Virus record (IMG/VR): IMGVR_UViG_3300023174_005819
Span: 1 to 64,000 of that record
DNA: 64,000 nt
From: a virus
Direction: 5' to 3' (one strand)
Below the pieces are notes generated by a model. That model had not been told where the DNA came from, made no database searches, and saw nothing but the letters and a program-made list of their open reading frames with translations. Made by a program: the position numbers and the translations under genes. Shown here one piece after another: positions 9,658-19,515 of the stretch. The stretch's first letter is position 1, and each line of letters starts with the position of its first letter.

Positions 9658-10290
9658 TTAAATATATTCTAATATAATTTTATTGTGTATTACTTTGATA
9701 ATTTTAAAGTTTTTATTTTTCAATAAAAAATCGTCTACAGCAGTTTTTACATGTGGAAAATCATGACTCCCATAATCGTCTAATATAATGTATCCATTTT
9801 TTATAATTATATTTTTAGACTGCTCCAAATCATATTTTACGCAATCATATTCATGGTTTCCGTCTATATGTATAATTCTGTATGATAAATTATTATTAAG
9901 ATAGTCTATATAATTATTACTTATTAAAGTTTGTGAGTTTGCTTGTATTAATTTATATTTCAAATTTTTAAGATTTTCTCCGTATATATTTTTTAAAATT
10001 TTTTCAGACCAATTAATTAAATTCGCACATGTACCATTACAAATTCTTGAGTCTTCTGGATTTAAGAATAAATCAATTCCAATTATTTGTTCATTATTTT
10101 TTAATAAAAATGATAGTGGTATAAAACTTTTAGATTGATAAACTCCAATCTCTAGGATATTCCCTTTTATATTTTTTTCTTGATGTATTGCGTCTAATTT
10201 AAAAAATTCTTCTATAAAATTAAAATGAAACCATCCTCGAATATGTTTAAAATTTTTCTTATACTTATCTAGTGCATCTTGATTTATCAT
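9658..10290 (-). CDS. class I SAM-dependent methyltransferase (Methyltransf_24-like)
   Basis: ILEIGVYQSKS, IHIDGNHEY, GYIILDDY. Confidence 0.8.
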   Translation of the reverse strand: MINQDALDKYKKNFKHIRGWFHFNFIEEFFKLDAIHQEKNIKGNILEIGVYQSKSFIPLSFLLKNNEQIIGIDLFLNPEDSRICNGTCANLINWSEKILKNIYGENLKNLKYKLIQANSQTLISNNYIDYLNNNLSYRIIHIDGNHEYDCVKYDLEQSKNIIIKNGYIILDDYGSHDFPHVKTAVDDFLLKNKNFKIIKVIHNKIILEYI

Positions 10291-10317
10291 ATCTAATGAT
10301 TATAGATTTAAATAAAA

Positions 10318-10404
10318 CGGAACGAGTAGGATTCGAACCTACGGATAGAGTTAACCATCGGAAGTTTAGTAAACTTCTGCTTTAGACCACTCAGCCATCG
10401 TTCC
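10318..10404 (-). tRNA. tRNA-Ser with anticodon ACU (reads AGU)
   Basis: GGAACGA/TCGTTCC acceptor stem, D arm GCT-GAGTGGTCTAA-AGC, anticodon stem GAAGT/ACTTC with loop TT-ACT-AA, long variable arm, T arm GTAGG-TTCGAAT-CCTAC, G73; CCA not encoded. Confidence 0.9.
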
Positions 10405-10408
10405 AATG

Positions 10409-10480
10409 CTCCCAAACTAGGATTTGAACCTAGAACAGCCTCGTTAACAGCGAGGTACTCTACCATTGAGTTATTTGGGA
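10409..10480 (-). tRNA. tRNA-Asn(GUU)
   Basis: TCCCAAA/TTTGGGA acceptor stem, anticodon arm CCTCG-CT-GTT-AA-CGAGG, T arm CTAGG-TTCAAAT-CCTAG, G73. Confidence 0.92.
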
Positions 10481-10488
10481 AAAATATA

Positions 10489-10776
10489 TTAATTATTCTC
10501 TGCAACTTCATTTACATGATCTTTTATTAGATTATATATTCTTACTTCTTCTTTATTAGCTTTTCTTTCAACCTTAGAAAGATTATTAAATTTATATTCT
10601 TTTAATTGATGATGTTTAAAATGATATACTCGTTTATTTGAATAAACTTCGTTAGTAAATCTGATATATCTAAATGGTAAAGCTTCGCCTTTGATCTTAT
10701 AAAGAGTACCTAATACTGGTTGCTCTTTTTCTTCTTCAAATACTCCATCAATGAATTCTAGAATTTTTTTTAACAT
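10489..10776 (-). CDS. hypothetical protein
   Basis: 95-aa ORF in the same minus-strand run as 10748-10948 and the tRNAs. Confidence 0.55.
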   Translation of the reverse strand: MLKKILEFIDGVFEEEKEQPVLGTLYKIKGEALPFRYIRFTNEVYSNKRVYHFKHHQLKEYKFNNLSKVERKANKEEVRIYNLIKDHVNEVAENN

Positions 10777-10948
10777 TTTTCTTTTTCCTTTTGGGTTTAA
10801 CGCGTTTCCAAATTTTTCCTTGATTGTCTAAATCTACGCTCCATAGCATTACTTTATTATAAATTTTAAATCCATAACCCCAAAACATTAGTGTTCTACT
10901 TATGATATCGCCTATAAAATATAAAATATATGATAACAACAGTTTCAT
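10748..10948 (-). CDS. small hypothetical membrane-associated protein
   Basis: Hydrophobic N-terminus and basic tail; preceded by TTGACT...TATAAT. Confidence 0.55.
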   Translation of the reverse strand: MKLLLSYILYFIGDIISRTLMFWGYGFKIYNKVMLWSVDLDNQGKIWKRVKPKRKKKNVKKNSRIH

Positions 10949-10994
10949 ATTAATATATTATATAAATTTTATAATAAAGTCAATATAATATATT

Positions 10995-11474
10995 ATGAAA
11001 ATAGGTTTTAATTGTAGTAGTTTTGACATGCTTCATGCTGGTCATGTAACAATGTTAAGAATGGAAAAAGATTTATGTGATTATTTAAAAGTTGCTTTAC
11101 AAGTAGACCCAACAATTGATAGGCCAGGAATTAAGAATAAACCAATTCAAAGTATATATGAAAGATATGTTCAATTGCAAGCTTGTAAATATGTAGATGA
11201 AATATTGGTTTATAGTACAGAATTTGATCTCCTTCAATTAATAATGACTCAAAAAATAGATATAAGATTTTTGAGTGAAGAATATTTAAATAGAGATTTT
11301 ACTGGAAAAGATTATTGTATTAAAAATGGAATTGAACTTCACTATCATAAACGTGGTCATATTTATTCTTCTAGTGAATTAAGAAAAAGAACAGCAGATT
11401 TAGAGAAAATTAAAAACGATCAAAATCTGATAGAAATTCCACAACATTCTCCAGTTTTGATTAAGCCAGAATAG
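10995..11474 (+). CDS. cytidylyltransferase (TagD/glycerol-3-phosphate cytidylyltransferase-like)
   Basis: SSFDMLHAGH (HxGH), KPIQSIYERYVQLQACKYVDEI, YSSSELR. Confidence 0.85.
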   Translation: MKIGFNCSSFDMLHAGHVTMLRMEKDLCDYLKVALQVDPTIDRPGIKNKPIQSIYERYVQLQACKYVDEILVYSTEFDLLQLIMTQKIDIRFLSEEYLNRDFTGKDYCIKNGIELHYHKRGHIYSSSELRKRTADLEKIKNDQNLIEIPQHSPVLIKPE

Positions 11475-11536
11475 CACAGCGGTAGTGCAACGGTTTTGTA
11501 AACCGTAGGTCATCGGTTCGAATCCGATTTCTGGCT
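11465..11536 (+). tRNA. tRNA-Thr(UGU)
   Basis: GCCAGAA/TTCTGGC acceptor stem, anticodon arm ACGGT-TT-TGT-AA-ACCGT, T arm ATCGG-TTCGAAT-CCGAT. Confidence 0.92.
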
Positions 11537-11537
11537 C

Positions 11538-11753
11538 TTATCTTCGTTTATTAGGAACAAAATATACTATTGCTTCATCACCATATACTTGAAAAGATTT
11601 TAATTTATAGTTTTTATTTTCAAGCATATTTTTTAATTCGTTAATATATTCACTTTTCATATAAACTATAATTTTATTATTATCTTTTGAATCAATTCCA
11701 TATTCTTCTGCAAATTCAGAACAAATAGCTAGAGCTTCACTTTGATTACTCAC
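11538..11753 (-). CDS. hypothetical protein
   Basis: 71-aa ORF; GTG start 8 nt after a GTGTAA motif. Confidence 0.55.
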   Translation of the reverse strand: MSNQSEALAICSEFAEEYGIDSKDNNKIIVYMKSEYINELKNMLENKNYKLKSFQVYGDEAIVYFVPNKRR

Positions 11754-11769
11754 ATAATATTTTACACTA

Positions 11770-12765
11770 TTAAATTGAAGATCTGTTTCCAGAGAATACT
11801 ATTTCGCAATATTCTTGTAATTGGGTTACTATATATTCTTTCATTGAATCAAAATTAATAAAGTCAATATGACTTGGTCCTTTTTCGTCATCTGTTATAA
11901 TTTTATATTTATTAATATCTTCTAAGATATCGCATTTATTTATGATTAATTTATTTGTGCCAGAAATTTTAACTGCTTGTTTTAAGTGATTTAATCTTAA
12001 CCAATTAACTATTCTTTTGCGACCAGTAGTTGATCCAAATTCTTTACCAAGTTCTATGATTTTATTGAGATATTGATCATTCCATAACGATTCTGAAAAG
12101 AGAGGATCAACCCCACTTTTAGTATCATAAATTTTAGCAACACCAATAATATCTCTTATTTTTTTAGGAGAAAATCCTAGCGAACAAGCTGAATAAGGTA
12201 GCGTTTCACTACTAGTAACATAAGGATAGTTTCCATAATTTAAGTCTAGCCAAAAACTTTGAGCCCCTTCACAAAGAATATTGCCATATAGTTCGCCATC
12301 CCAAATATATTTTTTATCTAGATAATTTCCAGCAAGCCTTCCAATTCGTAAAGCTTTATCGGCGTATGCAGGAGCAATTCCTTGACCAGTTGTTCCGAGT
12401 TTAGGTTTTAAAAATTTAAGATCATATTGGATATGTCTTTCAGTAATTATATGAGCTTTTGGACTAACTTTGATTAATGATGTATCAAATCCTTCTTTTT
12501 TAAGATAATCTATTTCGTCAAAAAATTTGTCAATATTGATAACACAATTTGGACCAATGATGCTAAGTTTATTTTGGAAAACTCCACAAGGAATAATATG
12601 AGTTTTATATTTTTTATCATTGAGATAAACTGTATGACCTGCATTGGGGCCACCATTCCAACGACAAACAGCATCATAATTTTTACTAATAGCATTACTT
12701 ATTTTACCCTTTCCTTCATCACCCCAAGCTAAACCAAATATAATATCTACATAATTGACCATCAT
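11770..12765 (-). CDS. purA: adenylosuccinate synthetase (short form)
   Basis: WGDEGKGK, GGPNAGHT, GTTGQGIAPAY, EGAQ, YPYVTSS, EFGSTTGRKR, NKCD. Confidence 0.92.
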   Translation of the reverse strand: MMVNYVDIIFGLAWGDEGKGKISNAISKNYDAVCRWNGGPNAGHTVYLNDKKYKTHIIPCGVFQNKLSIIGPNCVINIDKFFDEIDYLKKEGFDTSLIKVSPKAHIITERHIQYDLKFLKPKLGTTGQGIAPAYADKALRIGRLAGNYLDKKYIWDGELYGNILCEGAQSFWLDLNYGNYPYVTSSETLPYSACSLGFSPKKIRDIIGVAKIYDTKSGVDPLFSESLWNDQYLNKIIELGKEFGSTTGRKRIVNWLRLNHLKQAVKISGTNKLIINKCDILEDINKYKIITDDEKGPSHIDFINFDSMKEYIVTQLQEYCEIVFSGNRSSI

Positions 12766-12800
12766 TATGATGATACTAATATATTAAACTAATGTAAAGA

Positions 12801-13133
12801 TTATTTTTTATTTATTAAGTGTTGCTGTATTATGTCAAAATTACGATCTAGTTTCTTTTCGATTCTATCAAAATAATCATCAAAAGATTCTTTTGTAACA
12901 TAGGTAGTTGAAATTTTTAAAGCTAAATCTGAAATTTCTTGTTGGTGTTTTCTGCCTTCTGCTTCCATTTCTTTTCTTAAAGTTATAAAATCACTAAAAG
13001 TTTTATCGTTAATCTCTTTCATGAGACTTTCTTGTTTGTCAAAAAGTGAAAATACTCTAGTAAATAACCATCCACCTAAAAAGGATAATGCTCCTAAAAT
13101 AAGATTAAATAGCAATGTAATATCTAAATTCAC
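12801..13133 (-). CDS. membrane-anchored coiled-coil protein (possibly holin/lysis-related)
   Basis: One N-terminal TM segment then coiled coil (YVTKESF...RIEKKLD); GTGTAA 8 nt upstream of the start. Confidence 0.5.
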   Translation of the reverse strand: MNLDITLLFNLILGALSFLGGWLFTRVFSLFDKQESLMKEINDKTFSDFITLRKEMEAEGRKHQQEISDLALKISTTYVTKESFDDYFDRIEKKLDRNFDIIQQHLINKK

Positions 13134-13163
13134 ATAGATAATTACACATTAATTGAATAGATA

Positions 13164-14228
13164 TTATAGCTTTAAATCACCAAAATCATCATCAGAGATA
13201 TCGGTTTTCCTTGCCCCAACCTTATAACTAGAAATCTCTGTTTCTTGAGGTGCAACTTGAACTTTACTACTGTCAAGATAACTATCATGCCATCCAGATA
13301 TAGGATTATCTTTTTGATTAAATATCTTCTTATAGCCAAGGCTTCTTAGCCTAGAGTCACACAACCATTTAGAATAACCATCTAACACTTCAGCATTTAA
13401 TCCAAGTAAACTGCCATTGCTAAATAGATATTTAGACCATTCGCTTTCATTTTTAGCTGCTTGTTCGTAAAAAGCGTAAATTTTGTCTTCACTTTTCTTA
13501 ACTATAGAAGTAAAACCTTCTTTATCTTCTTCTCTTAAGATTTTAATTAAGTTTTGACTGACTGCAAAATGTAAAGCTTCATCTCTTTGAATAAATTTAA
13601 TAATCTTAGAGTTACCTTCCATTTTACCACGATATCCGAAATAGAAAGAACAAGCGAAAGAAACATAAAACACAAGTCCTTCCATTACATTAATAGAAAG
13701 AATAGCATCAAAAATCTTTTGTTTAGGATCTTTCTTTTCGTCATCTCCAAGAATCTTATCAAAATTATTTCTAATTAATTCAGCACGACTTGTAATTTCT
13801 TTATCTTCCATAATGCTATCAAAGAATTTAGTAGCATCTGGATATACATTATTCAAAAGATAAGAATAAGAATAACTATGGATACCTTCAAATTGCGCCC
13901 AAGTATTCATGCAAATTTCAAGTTCTGGATTACTGACATAATCTTTCAAGGAATGAATACTACGAGAAAGCATACTGTCTCCAAGAGTTTGGAATCTTAA
14001 ATTGCTATCAAATACAAATCTTTCTGTGTCAGTTAAATTTTTATAGTCACTTCTATCTTTTCCTAGTGCTATTTCATGAGGCCACCAGAAATTTTCATTT
14101 TGCTTTTTAAATAATTCAAAGAATATTGGATACTTAAAACGATCATATCTTTGAAGATTAAGGTCTTCTCCAAGAAACAATGGTTGTTTAGTGGTGTCTA
14201 TGTTTTTAAAATTTAAAACAGTCTTCAT
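13164..14228 (-). CDS. nrdB: ribonucleotide reductase class Ia beta subunit
   Basis: FWWPHEI, FEGIHSYSY (radical Tyr), EGLVFYVSF, RDEALH, VAPQETEISSY. Confidence 0.95.
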   Translation of the reverse strand: MKTVLNFKNIDTTKQPLFLGEDLNLQRYDRFKYPIFFELFKKQNENFWWPHEIALGKDRSDYKNLTDTERFVFDSNLRFQTLGDSMLSRSIHSLKDYVSNPELEICMNTWAQFEGIHSYSYSYLLNNVYPDATKFFDSIMEDKEITSRAELIRNNFDKILGDDEKKDPKQKIFDAILSINVMEGLVFYVSFACSFYFGYRGKMEGNSKIIKFIQRDEALHFAVSQNLIKILREEDKEGFTSIVKKSEDKIYAFYEQAAKNESEWSKYLFSNGSLLGLNAEVLDGYSKWLCDSRLRSLGYKKIFNQKDNPISGWHDSYLDSSKVQVAPQETEISSYKVGARKTDISDDDFGDLKL

Positions 14229-14231
14229 GGA

Positions 14232-16493
14232 TTATAGTTTACACGCACCGCTTGAACAATCTCTATCTTCTTTTTGATTTAAAGACTGCTCTTTATCACC
14301 ATCATCTGTGTTATTATAATATAAACTAATTAACCCAAGGCTATAAGCATAAATAAGCTCTTTCATAACCTTTGCATCTGGTAATATGTTGTTTTCATAA
14401 TGGCTATAGTTGTAGTATACATTAGTTGATATGGCCATGTCAATATATTTTTGAATAACTGCATTGATTTTTAATAGTCCGCTATTGTCTTTAAGATCAT
14501 AAGCTAATTCATAATTATCATCATATTTACCAATTCCTGGAACCATAACTGGAAGTTTACCCATTTTACTGGTTTTATATGTTATAAGACTACGAATAGG
14601 TTCGACTCCATTTGTTGAGCATTGAATTACTGAACTACTTTCGCAGGGCATACAAGAAGATAATGTAGAATGCCTCAAGCCAAATTCTTTAATATCTTTT
14701 CTTAGTTTATCCCAATCAAGAGATAATTTTCTTTTAACTAATTCGTCTACTTTATCTTTGTATGTATCAATAGGTAGTATACCTTTTGAATATTTGGTTC
14801 TATCAAACTTATCGCATTTGCCTTTTTCTTTAGCTAATTCAAGACTACTTTTTAATAGATAATATTGAAAATGCTCCATCCATTCATCAACTACAGATAG
14901 TGTTTTGTCTGAACTATATTTTAATTCATTTTTCGCCAAGAAAGCTGCCAGATTTGTAATTCCGACTCCAAGGCTTCTTCTTTTTTTAGCAAAATTTTCA
15001 GCAGCAATATTAAAATAATCTTGAAGCTCAATGATTTCATCTAGAAATCTTACGATAAGATCGCAGGTCTTCTCAAGATCTTGCCAGTTTTTTATTTCTA
15101 GCATGTTTACCGCTGAAAGAATACACATTCCGATTTCGCCCTCTTTATCGTGATAATCATTTAATGGAATAGTAGGATGAATAACTTCTGTGCAAAGATT
15201 ACTCATTGTGACTTTATCTAACCATGCTCCGTGATTGTTTGCGTGATCTACATTTAAAATATAAATTCTACCAGTTTCAACTCTTTCTTTAATAATAAGA
15301 GAGAATAGTTTGCGAGCAGACATTTTCTTTTTTAATTTTAATTTTTTAGATTCACATTCTTTGTATACTTTATCGAAGTCTTTTGTTCCCCATGCCTCAT
15401 AAAGCTCTGGAACTTCTGCATTATTAAATAGAGTAATATCTTCATCTTTTAAGATTCTATCATAAAATAACTTGCTCATACCAACTGTGTAGTCAAGTTT
15501 ACGAACTCTATTGTCATCTGTTCCTGCATTATTTTTCAATACAACAATATCTTCAATTTCATAATGCCACCATTGAATATTGCAGGTTGCGCTACCACCT
15601 CTCAATCCATTTTGTTGCCATGCCTTTACGCTACTTTCATAGATTTTTAAAAATGGAATTAAACCAGTATGTACAACTTCCCCATTCTTAATAGAAGATC
15701 CAATAGCTCTAATCTTACTTATATCAATTCCAATTCCACATCTATTCGCAGTAGCCATACTAACTGCAGTAGCACTAGCAGTAATGCTATCTTTTGTATC
15801 GTCTACTCCAATTAAGCAGCAACTAGCGTAATTTCTGCTAGATGTTCTAACTCCTGCCATTACTGGTGTTGGAAGATTAATTTTATGTTTACTAATAGCA
15901 TCGTAAAATTTTCTAACATAAGAAAGTCTTGTTTCTGCTGGATATTTTGCAAAAGCATAAGCTGATATCAAAATATAAGCAAATTGTGGGGTTTCGTGAA
16001 TTTCTCCAGTAGTTCTATTCTTAATTAAATATTTATCACAAAGCTGCTTGATTCCAGCATAAGTAAAAATAAAATCTCTATCGTGATCAATAAATTCCCC
16101 AATTTTATTTATCTCATCTTCTGAGTAATGATTTAAAATACTTAGGTCATAAACTTTATTTTTAATATTTTGATTTAAAAATTCTGATAATCTGGGGGCA
16201 TGTTTACCTTTCCAAACATCTTTTCTAAGCTGATAGTTCAATAACCTTGCTGCAACATATTGATAATTTGGTTTTTCAATTGAAATTAAATTTGCCGCGC
16301 TTTCAATTAAAAGATTATGAATTTCCTTCGTATTAATTCCATCGTGAATATTAATTTTTGCGTTAATCTCAATATCCGTTAAACTAACTCCGCTATAACC
16401 ATCAATCGCCCAGTTAATTACTTTGTTTATTTTTTCTATATTAAACTTTTCAGTAGAACCATTTCTTTTTTTAACATTCGTATTTTTATTCAT
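14232..16493 (-). CDS. nrdA: ribonucleotide reductase class Ia alpha subunit with ATP cone
   Basis: VKKRNG ATP cone, PTPVMAG, ASCC, SNLCTE, C-terminal CSSGACKL. Confidence 0.95.
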   Translation of the reverse strand: MNKNTNVKKRNGSTEKFNIEKINKVINWAIDGYSGVSLTDIEINAKINIHDGINTKEIHNLLIESAANLISIEKPNYQYVAARLLNYQLRKDVWKGKHAPRLSEFLNQNIKNKVYDLSILNHYSEDEINKIGEFIDHDRDFIFTYAGIKQLCDKYLIKNRTTGEIHETPQFAYILISAYAFAKYPAETRLSYVRKFYDAISKHKINLPTPVMAGVRTSSRNYASCCLIGVDDTKDSITASATAVSMATANRCGIGIDISKIRAIGSSIKNGEVVHTGLIPFLKIYESSVKAWQQNGLRGGSATCNIQWWHYEIEDIVVLKNNAGTDDNRVRKLDYTVGMSKLFYDRILKDEDITLFNNAEVPELYEAWGTKDFDKVYKECESKKLKLKKKMSARKLFSLIIKERVETGRIYILNVDHANNHGAWLDKVTMSNLCTEVIHPTIPLNDYHDKEGEIGMCILSAVNMLEIKNWQDLEKTCDLIVRFLDEIIELQDYFNIAAENFAKKRRSLGVGITNLAAFLAKNELKYSSDKTLSVVDEWMEHFQYYLLKSSLELAKEKGKCDKFDRTKYSKGILPIDTYKDKVDELVKRKLSLDWDKLRKDIKEFGLRHSTLSSCMPCESSSVIQCSTNGVEPIRSLITYKTSKMGKLPVMVPGIGKYDDNYELAYDLKDNSGLLKINAVIQKYIDMAISTNVYYNYSHYENNILPDAKVMKELIYAYSLGLISLYYNNTDDGDKEQSLNQKEDRDCSSGACKL

Positions 16494-16569
16494 AATGTAA
16501 CTAGTACAAAAACTATATTACATTCTTTTTTAAAATAAGGAAAGAAAATTTTTAAAAGTTATAAACAAT

Positions 16570-16920
16570 TTACTCTAAATGACTTTTAGGGTGTACTCGA
16601 CCTTTTCTTTTTTTACTCCAATTTTTATAGTAGTTATTTTTTACTGGATCTTTGCCATAAACCTTTTTTCTTTTTTCTGAAAGCTCCGAGCTTCTATCCC
16701 AAAGATCTCCAATACTACCCTTTTGATTTTTTGTATATTCAGAAAATTGTTTATCTGTTGTTTCAGCTTTTAATGTTCCATGAGTATTAACTTCTGGAAC
16801 TGTAAAGACTCTTTTCCATTCTATTCCTTTTTTATCAATATATACGTGATCGTCATGTACAGATTGTACGACATCTATTGTTTCTTCAGTTTCTGGATGT
16901 ATATAGGTATATAGTGGCAT
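16570..16920 (-). CDS. FmdB-like small protein (degenerate Zn ribbon)
   Basis: MPLYTY...WKRVFTVP resembles the FmdB N-terminus but lacks the cysteines. Confidence 0.45.
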   Translation of the reverse strand: MPLYTYIHPETEETIDVVQSVHDDHVYIDKKGIEWKRVFTVPEVNTHGTLKAETTDKQFSEYTKNQKGSIGDLWDRSSELSEKRKKVYGKDPVKNNYYKNWSKKRKGRVHPKSHLE

Positions 16921-18006
16921 TTATTTTAAATAAGATAAAATATTTTCTGTTAATTTCTCTGAAGTAAATTCTTGTTGCAATTTTAAACCTTCTTTATTAA
17001 TTTTATTAGTCTCTACTCTTTTTATTGCTAATTCACAAGCTGAAATAAAATTATCTTCATCAAAATCATAGATATTGCCTTGATTATATGGTAAGCCTTT
17101 ATTAAAAAAGATTCCATCATAAGATTCTATTTTAGAATTAGGTTCTACTAGGACACTATTACTTTCATTAGCCCAAGATTTATATCCATGAGCATCCATT
17201 ATTACTGAATGTTTACCCATAGCGACAGAATGAAATTCTGGTAATCCCCATCCTTCTGCACCACTCATTCCTAGTACGATATTAGCGCTATTTAAAAAAT
17301 CATTGTAAATTTTATTTTGCCCCATAAATGGTAAGAAATTAATATTAAAATAAGTTTTACCTTCTAAAGCTTGAGAAATAAGATTATTTTGATCTTCTGG
17401 TTTCATAAATGGATTAAAAATGGAGCATTGTAGAGCGTATTTTTTATTATTACCAAATTTTTTAGCCCAAAGTTTAATTAATTTTAAATGATGCTTTCTC
17501 TTTTCTAATTTACCAACTAAATTAAAAACAATTCTGTCATCAATAAAATAAGATTTATCTGTTTTATTAAAATTATACTTATCAAAGGCCAGTGGAATAT
17601 ATTCAACATTTTTACATCCAAGATTTTTAAATATTTCTACTGTTTCTTTGCAAGAGAAAAGAACTTTATTGTTATTTTTTACAGTATTTAACTCTACTTT
17701 TGTTGGTTGATCTAATTCATAAAAACTAAGTAAAACTTGTTCGTTAGAATAGCTTTCAAATGATCCATTAAGATGCCAGAGTTTAAATAATTTATTTTTT
17801 CTATTAAATGATTCTAGTGAGGTATTAATTGATTCTTGTAACCAAGTACTAAATTCTTGAGTTAAATCGGATTGAGTAGATAGATCAACATTACCAATAG
17901 GTAAAATACCTACATTAGTTTTAGAATTAAATAACTCTCTAAGAACTAATGTAGATATCTGACCAAAACTTACTGAATTTATTGGTAAGTTAAGAGTTAA
18001 ACTCAT
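16921..18006 (-). CDS. GT-B (GT4-like) glycosyltransferase
   Basis: VGKLEKRKHH and SGAEGWGLPEFHSVAMGK (EGxGLP motif). Confidence 0.8.
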   Translation of the reverse strand: MSLTLNLPINSVSFGQISTLVLRELFNSKTNVGILPIGNVDLSTQSDLTQEFSTWLQESINTSLESFNRKNKLFKLWHLNGSFESYSNEQVLLSFYELDQPTKVELNTVKNNNKVLFSCKETVEIFKNLGCKNVEYIPLAFDKYNFNKTDKSYFIDDRIVFNLVGKLEKRKHHLKLIKLWAKKFGNNKKYALQCSIFNPFMKPEDQNNLISQALEGKTYFNINFLPFMGQNKIYNDFLNSANIVLGMSGAEGWGLPEFHSVAMGKHSVIMDAHGYKSWANESNSVLVEPNSKIESYDGIFFNKGLPYNQGNIYDFDEDNFISACELAIKRVETNKINKEGLKLQQEFTSEKLTENILSYLK

Positions 18007-18308
18007 AGGATGTCATCTTCATCCTCTTCAATAACTGGTTGAGCTTTCTTTACTGGAGCAGTTTTAGCTGCTGGTACAGAAGCTACAGTTTTGTTTTGAC
18101 TGTCCAAAGGCTTAGATACGTATAACCTATAATCTGGAGCCTTTTCATTTGTCTTTTTGCTATTAGCAAAAACTACAACATCAATTCTTTGACCATCATG
18201 ATCATTAATATAACCAGACAGAAATGACATTCCTGTTTTGCTTTTCTTTTTCCAAAGTGCGCCTAGCTCATTTTGGTTCTTATTTGTATTTTGATTTGTA
18301 TTATTCAT
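18003..18308 (-). CDS. DUF736-like putative ssDNA-binding protein
   Basis: ELGALWKKKSKTGMSFLSG...KAPDYRLY with an acidic tail EEDEDDIL. Confidence 0.6.
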   Translation of the reverse strand: MNNTNQNTNKNQNELGALWKKKSKTGMSFLSGYINDHDGQRIDVVVFANSKKTNEKAPDYRLYVSKPLDSQNKTVASVPAAKTAPVKKAQPVIEEDEDDIL

Positions 18309-18329
18309 TTTTATATTGTATATCTTTTA

Positions 18330-18953
18330 TTATATTTTGTCAAAAGAATTTTTACTTTCAACTTTAGTTTTTAATAGTTTAATAGCTTTATTATGAATAT
18401 TAATAGCCGTTTGCGTACTTATCTTTAATTTTTTAGCTATTTTATTCCAAGGGGTTTTCTTGTTAGAATCATTTAAATATCGCATTTTGAATATCTTCTG
18501 TATTCTTTCGTCCGAACAAGATTCAATAATATTCATAATATATTCATTAATATTTTTATATTCTTTTTGAATTGGAGTATTTTTTTCTATTAAGTAGTTT
18601 AACTTATCAGTTTCAAGGGTTAAGTAATGACTATTTTCGTTCATGCAATTAAGGCATTGATATCTTACTTGATTATATAACCAAGTTGAAAATTTGGAAT
18701 TTTTATTCTCATCAAAACTTAATGCAGATTTATATACTATATAGTCTTTTTGATCTATTACATCTTGAAGATGAACTCCAGATGCAATCATAGGACTAGA
18801 GTATTTTTTATATAAAGAATTACAAAGAGCAGAATGTTTTTGAATTAAAGCTTTTAATGCTTCTTCATCATTCTTTTCTTTTATATTCTTTACTAAAGTA
18901 ATGTCGTCTGTTATTATATTCATATTATTTTTTATTTTGTAAATATTTTTCAT
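18330..18953 (-). CDS. phage sigma70-family RNA polymerase sigma factor
   Basis: Region-2-like SALSFDENKNSKFSTWLYNQVRY; region-4 HTH WNKIAKKLKISTQTAINIHNKAIKLLK. Confidence 0.8.
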   Translation of the reverse strand: MKNIYKIKNNMNIITDDITLVKNIKEKNDEEALKALIQKHSALCNSLYKKYSSPMIASGVHLQDVIDQKDYIVYKSALSFDENKNSKFSTWLYNQVRYQCLNCMNENSHYLTLETDKLNYLIEKNTPIQKEYKNINEYIMNIIESCSDERIQKIFKMRYLNDSNKKTPWNKIAKKLKISTQTAINIHNKAIKLLKTKVESKNSFDKI

Positions 18954-19512
18954 AAATATTTTTTAATTGTTTTTGCATTAATTCATATAAGAAATTAACG
19001 TCTTGACAAGTTTCCCAAACTATACTTATATCGGATACAGCTTTGAGTTTATTATCATTAGATTTTTCTTCTATATTAGCTGGAGGGACTAAAGAGCCAT
19101 CGTCCAGTTTCCTTGAAATATGCACTAAGATGCCATTATGTGATTTTATCCAAGAGTATTCATCATCTTTGTACTCTATATATCTTACGTCTGTTACAAT
19201 TGGTACAACATTATTAGCAATTAATTTATTGACTTCTGGTTGAATTGTGGAAGTCCAGTATTTTCCATCCGTTTGGATTCTTCTACATTTTCCATAAGCA
19301 ACCATGAGTGGTCTTACTATTTCTTTGTTTTCTGGACTGCAATTTAGTAAGTCTATTTTAAATTTATCTTTAGTAAAATCGTATAGTTCATTTTTTAATG
19401 CATCAGCAAAAGCTAATCTTTGCGATTTAATTGCTTTTTCTTCTAGATACCTTTTTAAAATAGAATAAAAAGTATCTTTTCCAGATCGAGCTACTCCAGT
19501 TAATCCAATCAT
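18925..19512 (-). CDS. deoxynucleoside monophosphate kinase
   Basis: P-loop GVARSGKDT, AFADALK, VTDVRY. Confidence 0.8.
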   Translation of the reverse strand: MIGLTGVARSGKDTFYSILKRYLEEKAIKSQRLAFADALKNELYDFTKDKFKIDLLNCSPENKEIVRPLMVAYGKCRRIQTDGKYWTSTIQPEVNKLIANNVVPIVTDVRYIEYKDDEYSWIKSHNGILVHISRKLDDGSLVPPANIEEKSNDNKLKAVSDISIVWETCQDVNFLYELMQKQLKNIYEKYLQNKK

Positions 19513-19515
19513 TTG

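Noticed and set aside
10308-10511. 67-aa ORF in the track
   Set aside because: It runs through two well-formed tRNA genes and is spurious.
11770-12765. PurZ (2-aminoadenine, Z-genome pathway)
   Set aside because: The catalytic motif is GDEGKGK with Asp, as in PurA, not the Ser of PurZ. No DatZ/MazZ-like partners are seen.
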